A stretch of 64,000 nt of DNA from an uncultured Thermoleophilia bacterium (lineage in GTDB: Bacteria; Actinomycetota; Thermoleophilia; Gaiellales; Gaiellaceae), in contig CAWKNW010000017.1 of assembly GCA_963851065.1 (NCBI GenBank), positions 165,198 through 229,197 of the forward strand, in the 5' to 3' direction. Below the pieces are notes generated by a model, which worked only from the letters and a program-made list of their open reading frames with translations, searched no databases and was not told the origin of the DNA. The position numbers and the translations under genes are program-made. Each line of letters opens with the position of its first letter. Position 1 is the stretch's first letter. Positions 1-8,683 of the stretch are shown piece by piece.

Positions 1-608
1 GGAAGAAGGTGAAGTCCGGCCGAGTACGCGGTGGCGATCACGATCAGCGCGACGATGTCGTCGACCACCGAGAACGTCAGCAGGAAGGCGCGCAACCGGA
101 CCGGAAAGCGCGGCCCGACGAGGGCGAGCATCCCGAGCGCGAAGGCGGTGTCCGTCGACATCGCAACGCCCCAGCCGTGCGCCGACGAATGTCCCGCATT
201 GAACGCGAGGTAGATCGCGACGGGCACGATCATCCCCCCGAGACCCGCGGCCAGCGGCAAGGCAGCCCTTCGCCGCTCGCGCAGCTCGCCCAGATCGAAC
301 TCGCGCCGTGCCTCGAGGCCGACGACGAGGAAGAACAGCGTCATCAGCCCGCTGTTCAACCAGTAGCGAAGGTCATGCGAGATGCCGTGGTCGCCGATCC
401 GAATCGAGAACGTCGTCGTCCACACCCGTTCGTACGACCCCAGGTCGACGTTTGCCCACACGAGCGCGGCGATCGTCGCGGCGAGCAGAACCGCGGCACT
501 CCCGGTCTCGGTCCGCAGGAAGCGGCGCAGCGGTGTCTCGAGGTTTCTCACCCACGCCGTGCGGCCCGAGAAGGGAAGACTCGCCTCGGCGCCGGTCCCC
601 GTGGACAC
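1..608 (-). CDS. nhaA: Na+/H+ antiporter NhaA, 5' portion (3' end lies beyond the window start)
   Basis: It is not in the ORF track because no stop lies in the window. Manual minus-strand translation gives [28 protein letters not shown] and [36 protein letters not shown]. These match the NhaA N-terminus and its conserved DD helix. The start is placed at the in-frame GTG at 608 and is uncertain. Confidence 0.7.
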   Translation of the reverse strand, partial: MSTGTGAEASLPFSGRTAWVRNLETPLRRFLRTETGSAAVLLAATIAALVWANVDLGSYERVWTTTFSIRIGDHGISHDLRYWLNSGLMTLFFLVVGLEARREFDLGELRERRRAALPLAAGLGGMIVPVAIYLAFNAGHSSAHGWGVAMSTDTAFALGMLALVGPRFPVRLRAFLLTFSVVDDIVALIVIATAYSAGLHLL

Positions 609-716
609 CGGCCGATCATACGAACGCAGGGCCCCGCGACCGGCCCAGGGCTGACCGCGCGGGCGATACCGACGGAAGCTCTCGCTACCGTTAGGCTCGT
701 GAGCGCGACGCCCGCG

Positions 717-1127
717 ATGCCGATTCGCAAGCGCATCGCACTGATCGCCCACGACAACCGCAAGCCCGACCTGGTCGAGTGGGCCGTCTTCAATCGAGGC
801 ACGCTTGCCCAGCACGAGCTCTATGCGACCGGGACGACCGGCGCGCTCGTCGCGTCCAAGCTCGACCTACCGGTGCACCTGTTCCTGAGCGGACCGCTCG
901 GCGGAGATCAGCAGGTCGGCGCGGCGATCGCCGAGGGTCGGATCGATTTCGTCGTGTTCTTCTGGGATCCCCTCGAGCCCCAGCCACACGACGTCGACGT
1001 CAAGGCGTTGCTCCGGATCACCGTCGTCTGCAACGTCCCGATCGCTTGCAACCGCTCGACGGCCGACTTTCTCCTCTCGAGCCCCTTGATGGGCGAGGCG
1101 TACCGGCCCGCAGCGGCACAGGTTTGA
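717..1127 (+). CDS. mgsA: methylglyoxal synthase
   Basis: This is the C-terminal 136 aa of track ORF 9..1127, from the internal ATG. It contains [36 protein letters not shown] and [20 protein letters not shown], typical MgsA motifs. The upstream part of that ORF is antisense to nhaA. Confidence 0.9.
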   Translation: MPIRKRIALIAHDNRKPDLVEWAVFNRGTLAQHELYATGTTGALVASKLDLPVHLFLSGPLGGDQQVGAAIAEGRIDFVVFFWDPLEPQPHDVDVKALLRITVVCNVPIACNRSTADFLLSSPLMGEAYRPAAAQV

Positions 1128-1136
1128 AGAACCAGC

Positions 1137-1472
1137 TCAGCGACCGGACAGGCGACGCTCTTCCTCGACGGTCAACTCGGCCGTCGGGACCGCCTCGAGC
1201 CGCTCGTCCGGAATGACGGCTCCGCTCTCGATCGAGAGACCGTACGTCCCGGCGGCCAGCCGTGCCTCGGCCCGCTCGACGGCGGCAAGCTGCTCGCGAA
1301 GATCCTGCTCGCGGCCCTTGTCGAGCTCGTCCTGATAGAGATCGGTAGCCAGGTTCCCCGGATCGAACTCGTCGCCCGGCTCACCGTCCTCCTCGTGGGA
1401 CGTCCGACCCAGCCCTCGCTCGATGCGCCGTCGCTCGGCCTGCAACAGCTCGCGTGCCCGCTCAGTCTCCAT
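1137..1472 (-). CDS. DksA/TraR-like protein lacking all zinc-finger cysteines
   Basis: The 111-aa protein has a coiled-coil acidic N-terminus. Its C-terminus, AGTYGLSIESGAVIPDERLEAVPTAE, aligns with the DksA/TraR GTYG-C-x2-C-G-x-I-x3-RL-x-A-x-P region, but the protein contains no Cys. Confidence 0.6.
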   Translation of the reverse strand: METERARELLQAERRRIERGLGRTSHEEDGEPGDEFDPGNLATDLYQDELDKGREQDLREQLAAVERAEARLAAGTYGLSIESGAVIPDERLEAVPTAELTVEEERRLSGR

Positions 1473-1550
1473 GGTCGAAGAATATGCGCGCAGGAGGTCC
1501 GACTAGACCGACATGCGCAGAACGGGCTCGACCACAGTCTTCGCCCAGGA

Positions 1551-2054
1551 TCAGACCTTCGCGTATGCCTGCCGGGCCAACTTGAGCACGCTCGCGGTGC
1601 CCGCGCCGCCGTTCACTACCCACACCTCGACCCAGTAGGCGCCCTTCGTGAACGTCACGGCGACGAACGCGGTGCCCGGTTTGGTGTTCGTGACCAGCTT
1701 CGCGTTCGCCCCGAGGCCCGCCGCCTTGCGCGACACGGTCCCTGGCGGCCAACTCGAAGGCTTGAACGTCTTCGGGGCCACCGACACGACCAGCTTCGCC
1801 GACGCGTACGTCCACGTGCAGTTCTTCGCCACCTTCCCGTGGGACTTGCTCGATCCGGGCGTCCCGAACTCCGGCGTGTCGGAGGAGGCGCCGAAAGCGG
1901 CGTTCACCGCACCTGCGCTCACAGCCGAACACGGGTCCAGTGACGCAAGCTGTTGCGGCCCGGCGGTCGCCGGCGAGACGAGGAGCAGGCCGACGCCGAC
2001 GAGGCCGGCGATCGCCGGGGCGAGGCGGCGGAGGAAGGCGGTCCGAGTTCTCAT
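1551..2054 (-). CDS. secreted hypothetical protein (N-terminal signal peptide)
   Basis: This is the C-terminal 167 aa of track ORF 1551..3068, from an internal ATG. MRTRTAFLRRLAPAIAGLVGVGLLLVSPATAGP is a signal-peptide-like N-terminus. No family was recognised. Confidence 0.55.
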   Translation of the reverse strand: MRTRTAFLRRLAPAIAGLVGVGLLLVSPATAGPQQLASLDPCSAVSAGAVNAAFGASSDTPEFGTPGSSKSHGKVAKNCTWTYASAKLVVSVAPKTFKPSSWPPGTVSRKAAGLGANAKLVTNTKPGTAFVAVTFTKGAYWVEVWVVNGGAGTASVLKLARQAYAKV

Positions 2055-2147
2055 AGACGCGGGACTGTAGCGCTTCCGAGCTCCACTTCGACATCGGCGT
2101 CTTCGTATCATCGGTCGGTGGCTTTCGACGCGGAGGGCGGAGGGACG

Positions 2148-3125
2148 ATGCTGGCAGCGCGTTATCCCACGTCGGGCCCCGACGCCGGAACGCTCGAGGT
2201 CGTGGAGGTCTCGCGGCCGGAGCCGCGCCCCGGCCAGGTGCTGGTGCGGATCGCCGTCGCGGGGGTCAATCCGAGCGACTGGAAGTCGCGGCGGCGCGGC
2301 GGCACGACCGCCGGCCTCGACTTCGTCGTCCCCGGTCAGGACGGCGGCGGTGAGATCGCCGCGGTCGGGGCAGGTGTCGACGCGGCGCGCATCGGTGAGC
2401 GAGTCTGGCTCTTCGAGGGCCAATGGCAGCGAGCGCAGGGGACCGCTGCTCAGTGGATCGCGATCGACGCGAGCCGGGCCGTGCCCCTCCCGGATTCCGT
2501 CTCGTTCGACCAGGCTGCGGGGCTCGGGATTCCGGCGATGACCGCCCACCGCTGCCTGCACGCCGACGGCCCCGTCGTCGATGCGGCGGTCCTCGTCCAC
2601 GGCGGAGCCGGCGCCGTCGGGCACGCCGCGATCGAGCTCGCCCGGCACGCCGGCGCCCGCGTCGCGGCGACCGTCAGCTCGGACGAGAAAGCGCAGCTCG
2701 CAAGCGACGCCGGAGCCGAGCTCGTCGTCAACTACCGGAGCGAGGACGTCGCCGCCGCAATCCGCGCGTGGGCGCCGGACGGAGTCGCGCGCGTCGTCGA
2801 CGTCGACGTCGCCGCGAACCTGGGGATCGACACGAAGGTCGTCGCGCCGAACGGCGCGATCGCCTCGTACCTGGTGCGACCCGAGCCGGTCGTGCTCGGC
2901 CGCGAACTGATGGCCAACAACGTCGTCCTGCGCTTCGTGCTCGTCTACACGATGCCCGAGGAGGCGAAGCGCGGAGCGGTCGAGGCGATCGACGCGGCGT
3001 TGCGGGCCGGCGCGTTGACGCCGCTGCCGTCGACGCGCTTCCCGCTCGGTGAGATAGCCGCCGCGCACGACGCCGTCGAGAGCGGTGCCGTCGGCAAGGT
3101 GCTCGTCGACCTGCCCGTCGGCTAG
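2148..3125 (+). CDS. NADPH:quinone reductase / zinc-type alcohol dehydrogenase superfamily (MDR) oxidoreductase
   Basis: It starts at the internal ATG of track ORF 1953..3125. Motifs include VLVRIAVAGVNPSDWK, the Rossmann motif VLVHGGAGAVGHAAIELA, and an MDR-like C-terminus ending GKVLVDL. Confidence 0.85.
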   Translation: MLAARYPTSGPDAGTLEVVEVSRPEPRPGQVLVRIAVAGVNPSDWKSRRRGGTTAGLDFVVPGQDGGGEIAAVGAGVDAARIGERVWLFEGQWQRAQGTAAQWIAIDASRAVPLPDSVSFDQAAGLGIPAMTAHRCLHADGPVVDAAVLVHGGAGAVGHAAIELARHAGARVAATVSSDEKAQLASDAGAELVVNYRSEDVAAAIRAWAPDGVARVVDVDVAANLGIDTKVVAPNGAIASYLVRPEPVVLGRELMANNVVLRFVLVYTMPEEAKRGAVEAIDAALRAGALTPLPSTRFPLGEIAAAHDAVESGAVGKVLVDLPVG

Positions 3126-3940
3126 AGCCGATCGAGCAGCTCGCCGATGCCGGCGACGCTCTCGTCCGGCCTCTGCAGCGCCGGGAGCCGGCCGAGCGGT
3201 GACGCGCCGGTGATGCCCGTCTGCACGAGCACCGTGTGCGAGCCGCCGAGGTTCCCGAGGGCGATGTCGAGGGCGACGTCGTCCCCGATCACCACGAGCT
3301 CGCGGGCCGGAAGATCGAGGCGGTCGACGATCTCGCGAACGGCGGGACGCGACGGCTTGCCGACGATCGTCGGCCGTGCACCGGTGACCTTCGCGAGTGC
3401 AGCCGTCACCATCGCGCCCCGGCTGAAGATCGGGCCGTCCGCACCCGAGTACGCGGCCACATAGCTCGCGGTCAGGAGCGCCGCTCCCTTGGTGATCGCG
3501 CGCGCCGCCTGTTCGAGCTCATCGAAGTCGAAGTCCGCCGGATGAGCGACGAACACGACCTCGAACCGGTCCTTCGCGTCGACCAGCCGCACGCCTGCTT
3601 GCATGAGCCGTTCGTGCGTCGCAGGGGTGCAGAACGCAAGCACGCCGGCATCGCGGTGCCTGCGGCCCAGGAACGAGATCGCGCAGCAGACCGGTGTCAG
3701 CACCTCGTCGTCGCGGACGTCGAGACCCCCCTCGCGCAGCTCGGTCGCCAGGACCTGCGGCGAGACATGGCTCGCGTTCGTGAAGATGACGAACGGCCGC
3801 CCCGAACGCCGGATCGCGGCAAGCAGCTCCCGGGCGCCGGCGATCGGCTCGTGCCCGCTCCGAGTGCGCTGGATCAACGTTCCGTCGAGGTCGAGCACGA
3901 ACCCCTTCGCCTCCTGCAACGCCGTCATCCGCGCCGCCAC
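3122..3940 (-). CDS. HAD-superfamily subfamily IIA (NagD-like) phosphatase
   Basis: FVLDLDGTL is the catalytic DxDGT motif, followed by FVIFTNAS, GKPS and VIGDDVALDI motifs. The second Met, at 3928, would give an ATGA overlap with the upstream stop at 3925-3927. Confidence 0.8.
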   Translation of the reverse strand: MAARMTALQEAKGFVLDLDGTLIQRTRSGHEPIAGARELLAAIRRSGRPFVIFTNASHVSPQVLATELREGGLDVRDDEVLTPVCCAISFLGRRHRDAGVLAFCTPATHERLMQAGVRLVDAKDRFEVVFVAHPADFDFDELEQAARAITKGAALLTASYVAAYSGADGPIFSRGAMVTAALAKVTGARPTIVGKPSRPAVREIVDRLDLPARELVVIGDDVALDIALGNLGGSHTVLVQTGITGASPLGRLPALQRPDESVAGIGELLDRL

Positions 3941-5391
3941 AGCAGGTCCGTCTCGTCCTTGGTCAGGCTGAGGTAGGTCACCTCGGGCCGCCGCGCGAGC
4001 TCGCGGAGGAGGGTGACGAGCGGGCTGCGGCGGCCGGGAACCGCGGCCGGCGCACCGCCCACCATCGCGTCGACCTGCTCGGCGGGCATCGTCAGCCGGA
4101 GGAGCAGTTCCTCGTCGGAGATCCGCTCCCCGAAGCGGGCGCGTGCCCCCTCGAGGGAGAGCGGCTCGACCCGGCGGAGCTCGGCCGCGCGCGGCAGCGA
4201 GAGCACCCGGTCTGCGACATCCGGCGCCGGCGGTGCGGGCGGCTCACCGAAGTGCCCGAGGAAGTAGCGCACGATCTCGTCGGGAACGTCGCTGTAGCGC
4301 TCGGCGCCGCGGTGAACGGCCATCACGTTCATCACCGCCTGGGTGACGAGGAACTGCGCGTACGGGGTGACGACGATCGGATAGCCGAAGTCGGCACGCA
4401 CGCGCCCGATCTCCTCGATCGACTCGTCGAAGAGCTCCGGGCGGCGCATCTCCTCGAGCTGGCGGCGCATCGTCGTCACCACCCCGCCCGGAAGCTGATG
4501 GTGGTAGTAGCCCGCGTCGTACTCGGCCGGCACGCCGAGCGGGAGGCCTCGATCGGTCGCGAGCCGGCGGAAGTGCGCCGACACGGCAGCGAGCGCATCG
4601 CGATCGAGACGGTGCGAGAGCCCGGAGGCCTCGAGGTTGCGCAGCGTCGACTCGGTCGCCGGCTGGGAGGTGCCGTTGGCGAGCGGCGCGACCGCCGTGT
4701 GCAGGGTGCCGAATCCGAGCTGCGCCCCCTCGACGTAGACGAGCGGCGCAAGCCCGATCGTGCAGTGGCTGTGCAGCTCGACCGGTCGTCCCGCAAACGC
4801 TCCGAGGAAGAGCGGCGCGAGCTCCCGCACTCGGTCGACGGTGAGCAGCCCGCCAGGGTCCTTGAGGTAGAGGCGATCGACATCCGGCATCGCCGCGACA
4901 GCCGCCGCACGCGTTGCGTAGTGCTCGTCGTCGTGCACCTCGCTGATCGAGTAGGTGAGCCCGATCACGACCTCCTCCGCTCCCTCCTGCTTCGCGATCC
5001 GTGCGATCTGCGCGAGCGCCCGCGGGTCGTTCATCGGATCCGCGATCTGCACTCGGCGGATGCCGTTGCGAACGACGAGGCGCAGCGCCAGCCGGATCAC
5101 CTCCTCCTCCGCCGGCTCCCAGGAGATGAAGCGCATGCCGGTGGTCAGGAAGGTCAGGAGCGTCCGCGGCATCGCTGCGCTCATCAGTCGAATTCGCTCC
5201 CAGGGATCCTCGTGATGGAAGCGCACCGAGACGGCCATGTGCGTGCTCGAGGTGAAGTCGAGAGCGCGATGACCCACGCGGTCGAGGGTCGGCGCGATCG
5301 AGACGACGTCGGGCGTCGTCAGCCCCGTCGCGCCCCAGAGGCTCTGGTTCCCGTCACGCGTCGTCGTATCGACCAGCTCGATCGTCGTCAT
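3925..5391 (-). CDS. biotin-dependent carboxyltransferase subunit (OadA / PycB / transcarboxylase 5S type), without a fused biotinyl domain
   Basis: This is 488 aa from the internal ATG of track ORF 3925..5922. Motifs are MTTIELVDTTTRDGNQS, LYLKDPGG (carbamyl-Lys position), ELHSHCTIG (metal His-x-His) and the YYHHQLPGG region, typical of the pyruvate-carboxylase CT fold. It has an ATGA overlap with the upstream BCCP stop. Confidence 0.85.
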   Translation of the reverse strand: MTTIELVDTTTRDGNQSLWGATGLTTPDVVSIAPTLDRVGHRALDFTSSTHMAVSVRFHHEDPWERIRLMSAAMPRTLLTFLTTGMRFISWEPAEEEVIRLALRLVVRNGIRRVQIADPMNDPRALAQIARIAKQEGAEEVVIGLTYSISEVHDDEHYATRAAAVAAMPDVDRLYLKDPGGLLTVDRVRELAPLFLGAFAGRPVELHSHCTIGLAPLVYVEGAQLGFGTLHTAVAPLANGTSQPATESTLRNLEASGLSHRLDRDALAAVSAHFRRLATDRGLPLGVPAEYDAGYYHHQLPGGVVTTMRRQLEEMRRPELFDESIEEIGRVRADFGYPIVVTPYAQFLVTQAVMNVMAVHRGAERYSDVPDEIVRYFLGHFGEPPAPPAPDVADRVLSLPRAAELRRVEPLSLEGARARFGERISDEELLLRLTMPAEQVDAMVGGAPAAVPGRRSPLVTLLRELARRPEVTYLSLTKDETDLLWRRG

Positions 5392-5792
5392 TCGACCTCG
5401 ACGCGGAAGAGCGGCTGCCCGAACTCGACGAGCTCTGCGTTCGCGGCGCAGATCTCGACGATCGTGCCGGAGACGCCGGCGACGATCGAGTTCATCATCT
5501 TCATCACCTCGATCAGGCACACCACGGTTTCCGGCTCGACCCGCGTGCCGACATCGACGTACGCAGTGGCACCAGGCGCCGAGGCGCGGTAGAACACGCC
5601 GAGGATCGGGCTCTCGATCGCGTGCAGCTCGCCCACGGGAACCGCGGCCGGCGGCTCCGGCTCGGCGGCCGGCGGCTTCGGGCCGCGCCGTACGTGCAGC
5701 TGCAACTCGGGCGTGTCGATCCGCAGCTCGTCGAGCTCCGACTCGTCGATCAGCCGCAGGATCTCGCGGACGTCGTCGTCGTCCAGAGTCAC
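5388..5792 (-). CDS. biotin carboxyl carrier protein (AccB-like)
   Basis: This is 134 aa from an in-frame GTG. It has an AccB-like N-domain (ILRLIDESELDELRI), a Pro/Ala linker and the biotinyl-lysine motif CLIEVMKMMN. The GTG at 5792-5790 overlaps the upstream TGA at 5791-5789. Confidence 0.85.
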   Translation of the reverse strand: MTLDDDDVREILRLIDESELDELRIDTPELQLHVRRGPKPPAAEPEPPAAVPVGELHAIESPILGVFYRASAPGATAYVDVGTRVEPETVVCLIEVMKMMNSIVAGVSGTIVEICAANAELVEFGQPLFRVEVE

Positions 5793-6844
5793 GATCCTTG
5801 CTCCCGCGGCTTGACGCCGAGCGTCGCCATGACGAGGTCGAGCGCCGAGTCGCCGGTAGGCCCGTGCGTTCGCGGAGCAGCCGTGACGGGCCTCGCCTGC
5901 AGCACGTAGGTCCTCCCCGCACCGTCGATCGCCCACTCGACGTCCTGGTGGCAGCCGAAGTGGCGCTCGACGTCGCGCGCGACGCGCATCAGCTCAGCAA
6001 GGTGAACATCGTCGAGACACGGTGTGTGTGCACGGTCAGGCGCCACGTCGACGCGCACGGTGCCGGCGCCGTCCGGGTCCGGCCGATACTCCACCAGCTT
6101 CGCGTTGACCGAGCCTCGCACGACCTCACCGGTCACCTTGCTGACGAGGTACTCGTCCGGCGTGACCTCGCCGCCGACGACCGCCAGTCCAAGCCCCCAA
6201 CTCGCGTCGATCGCGACGACGCTCGGATCGCCGCTCACCGGGTTGCAGGTGAACAGGACGCCCGCGATCTCGGCGTCGACCATCCGCTGGACGGCGACGC
6301 CCATCGCGGGCGCCAGCGCGGTGTCGCCGAGTCGGGCGCGGTACGTGATCGACGGCGGGCTGTGCAGGCTCGCCCAGCAGCGCTGCACCGCATGGCAGAG
6401 CTGCCCCGGGCCGCGCACCCAGAGATACGTCTCCTGCTGGCCGGCGAACGTCGCCTCGGCGCTGTCCTCACCGAGCGCGCTCGAGCGCACGGCCACGGCT
6501 GGGTCGCGCTCACCGGCGTCGGCCGCGAGGTCCGCGTAGCGCTCGAGCACTTCGGCCCGGACGGGCGCCGGCAGCTCGGCGGCCCCGATCGCCGCTGTCA
6601 GCTTGGCGGAGGCGGCCTGCACGGCGGCGAGATCGTCGACGTCGAGCCCGGCGAGTACGCCGTCGAACGACTCGCGGAGACCGGCGGACTCGAGAAAGGC
6701 GGTGTACGCGCCGGCGGAGATCGCGAATCCGCCGGGCACCGGGATGCCGCCGGCGAGCAGCTCCCCGAGCGCGGCGCTCTTGCCTCCGAAGTGCTCCTCG
6801 TCGCGCAACCTGAGGTCGGCGAGCGGCACTGTCGCCGCGTTCAC
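5789..6844 (-). CDS. PEP synthase/PPDK N-terminal ATP-grasp domain protein (phenylphosphate synthase beta, PpsB-like)
   Basis: The 351-aa protein contains GGKSAALGELLAGGIPVPGGFAI, AVRSSALGEDS, GVAVQRMV and DVEWAIDG...YVLQARPVT. That is only the nucleotide-binding domain of PEP-utilising dikinases. The GTG start directly abuts the upstream TGA. Confidence 0.85.
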   Translation of the reverse strand: MNAATVPLADLRLRDEEHFGGKSAALGELLAGGIPVPGGFAISAGAYTAFLESAGLRESFDGVLAGLDVDDLAAVQAASAKLTAAIGAAELPAPVRAEVLERYADLAADAGERDPAVAVRSSALGEDSAEATFAGQQETYLWVRGPGQLCHAVQRCWASLHSPPSITYRARLGDTALAPAMGVAVQRMVDAEIAGVLFTCNPVSGDPSVVAIDASWGLGLAVVGGEVTPDEYLVSKVTGEVVRGSVNAKLVEYRPDPDGAGTVRVDVAPDRAHTPCLDDVHLAELMRVARDVERHFGCHQDVEWAIDGAGRTYVLQARPVTAAPRTHGPTGDSALDLVMATLGVKPREQGS

Positions 6845-8683
6845 TCAGGGCGCCTCGTCGAGGATGTCGACCACGCCGGTCGCACCGTCCACCCGCAGCA
6901 GCTGCCCCGTCTTGATGACGGCCGTCGCGCGCCCCGTGCCGACGACTGCCGGCTTGCCGTACTCGCGGGAGACGATCGCCGCGTGCGACATGACGCCTCC
7001 GATGTCGGTGACGGTTGCCTTCACCTTCGGGAAGATCGGCGCCCACGCGGGCGACGTGATCGTGCACACGAGGATCTCGCCGTCCTGCACCGAGCCGAGC
7101 TCACTCGGATCGTTCAACACGCGCGCCCGTCCTTCGACCGTACCGGCGGATGCCGCGGCTCCGTGCAGCCGGCGCTGGGTGCCTTCGAGCGACGCCGCCC
7201 ACTCCTGCAGCCGCTGCGGTGTGACGCCCCACAGCATCACCGCCATCGGATCGTTGACCGACTCGGGCATCGCGCCGAGCGCCGGCGGCGGCGTCCACTC
7301 CTCGAGCCGCGCGAGCAGGGCACGGCGCCGCGCGACGATCGGCGGCCAGTAGTCCGGCCCGAGCGGCGGTCCGCCGGTCGCCCACATCAGGCAGAGCTCC
7401 TCGAGCGCGGACATGACCTCGTGGCGACCGAGCTGGAAGATGTCCTCGCCGTCCGCGAGCCAGCCGTGGTTCGCGAGCACGGCACCGAACTCGCGCATCT
7501 TGTTGTAGTAGCTCGTGAGGAACCAGTAGTCGCAGTAGAACTTGTGCTCTTCGACGTACGGGAACACCGTGCGCGACAGGCCGAGCAGCTCGGCGAACGA
7601 GCCCTTCGCGTCCTCGGGCAGGAGCTCCGCGTAGCCCTCGGCCAGCCGGTCGCGCTCCTCGCGCAGCCTTTCGATCGGCCGTTCGACGTTCTCCCCCGCC
7701 ACCAGCGCGGCGACGTGCCCGACCAGCGAGGCATAGGGAATCGTCGGGTCGTCGTTCCAGCTGCGGTAGTAGTGGTAGAGGCCGTCGCCCGTGGCCATGT
7801 TGAACCACGGGTCCTTCACCTCCTCGAGCTCCGCGAGCCACGCCCGGCCCGCCTCGCTCCCCGCGAGCTCGGCGTCGATCTCGGCCGGCGTTCGTCCCTG
7901 AACGAACGCGCCGGCGAGACCCGTGTCGACTGCGAGACGGGCGAGCCGGCGAAGCTCGGCGTCGGGCCGAAAGAGCAGAACGTCGATCCCGGCGATCATC
8001 TGCGCGATGTGCTGCTCCGGGATGTCGGGCAGGTGCGCACGGCAGAACTCGGAGAAGGTCAGGTAGGCGCCGTAGCCCAGGAGCAGGAACTCGAAGTGGT
8101 GATGCCACATCAGCTCGCCCAGCCGCAGAGTCCGCTGGTAGCCGTCGAGCAGCGGGAAGTAGCTCGCGACGCGGTCGTTCTCGAACACGAGCTCGTCGGG
8201 CTCGTACTCGGGCAGGTCGTGCACCTCGATCGCGTGCAGCTCGGCGATCAGGTTCTCCATCTTCGTCCGCCACCCCGCGTACAGCTCGTCCCAGTTCGCG
8301 AAGTAGTGGCCGGCGCGGCGCTGGAAGTACTCGGCACGCTCGGCCATCTTCGCCGGGTCCGTGACCGGGTTGACGGTGATGTACACGTAGCCGTTCACGA
8401 TCCGGTAGTCGACCCCCATCGCGGGCGGGACGGCGAACGCACGGTTCTGCCAGGCGCCGACGGCGTAGTACGGGCCGTCGATCGAGACGATGTCGAATGC
8501 CGGCATCGGCATCGGGAAGTGCATCGAGTTCCAGAACCAGAGCCGTCCCTCGTCTATCTCACGGCGCTCCTCGGTGAAGAGCGTGTAGTAGGGGTAGAGC
8601 TCCTGCCAGCCCTCGCACCCCGGCGGCGTCTCGATCGAGAACGGGCTGGGAAAGGCGCTCACGGCGCCCGTGGATGTCGTCAT
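6845..8683 (-). CDS. PEP-utilising-enzyme mobile (phosphohistidine) domain protein with a large non-canonical N-terminal domain (phenylphosphate synthase alpha, PpsA-like)
   Basis: The 612-aa protein has the C-terminal swivel-domain motif ITSPAWAPIF...DIGGVMSHAAIVSREYGKPAVVGTG. The N-terminal ~500 aa (FPSPFSIETPPGCEGWQELYPYY...) is not the pyruvate/PEP TIM barrel. A strong GAGGAG sits 7-8 nt upstream of the ATG. Confidence 0.85.
   Translation of the reverse strand: MTTSTGAVSAFPSPFSIETPPGCEGWQELYPYYTLFTEERREIDEGRLWFWNSMHFPMPMPAFDIVSIDGPYYAVGAWQNRAFAVPPAMGVDYRIVNGYVYITVNPVTDPAKMAERAEYFQRRAGHYFANWDELYAGWRTKMENLIAELHAIEVHDLPEYEPDELVFENDRVASYFPLLDGYQRTLRLGELMWHHHFEFLLLGYGAYLTFSEFCRAHLPDIPEQHIAQMIAGIDVLLFRPDAELRRLARLAVDTGLAGAFVQGRTPAEIDAELAGSEAGRAWLAELEEVKDPWFNMATGDGLYHYYRSWNDDPTIPYASLVGHVAALVAGENVERPIERLREERDRLAEGYAELLPEDAKGSFAELLGLSRTVFPYVEEHKFYCDYWFLTSYYNKMREFGAVLANHGWLADGEDIFQLGRHEVMSALEELCLMWATGGPPLGPDYWPPIVARRRALLARLEEWTPPPALGAMPESVNDPMAVMLWGVTPQRLQEWAASLEGTQRRLHGAAASAGTVEGRARVLNDPSELGSVQDGEILVCTITSPAWAPIFPKVKATVTDIGGVMSHAAIVSREYGKPAVVGTGRATAVIKTGQLLRVDGATGVVDILDEAP

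Noticed and set aside
9-716. The N-terminal 236 residues of track ORF 9..1127, which would extend methylglyoxal synthase to 372 aa.
   Set aside because: The extension is Arg/Glu/Pro-rich and without motifs. It runs antisense to a clearly NhaA-like coding frame. MgsA proteins are about 130-150 aa, and an internal ATG at 717 gives exactly that.
3925-5922. A 665-aa version of the carboxyltransferase ORF, with a 177-residue N-terminal extension.
   Set aside because: The extension is Arg-rich and has no motifs. It overlaps the BCCP gene, which has a clear biotinylation motif in another frame. The internal ATG at 5391 begins exactly at the conserved MTTIELVDTTTRDG N-terminus and overlaps the BCCP stop.
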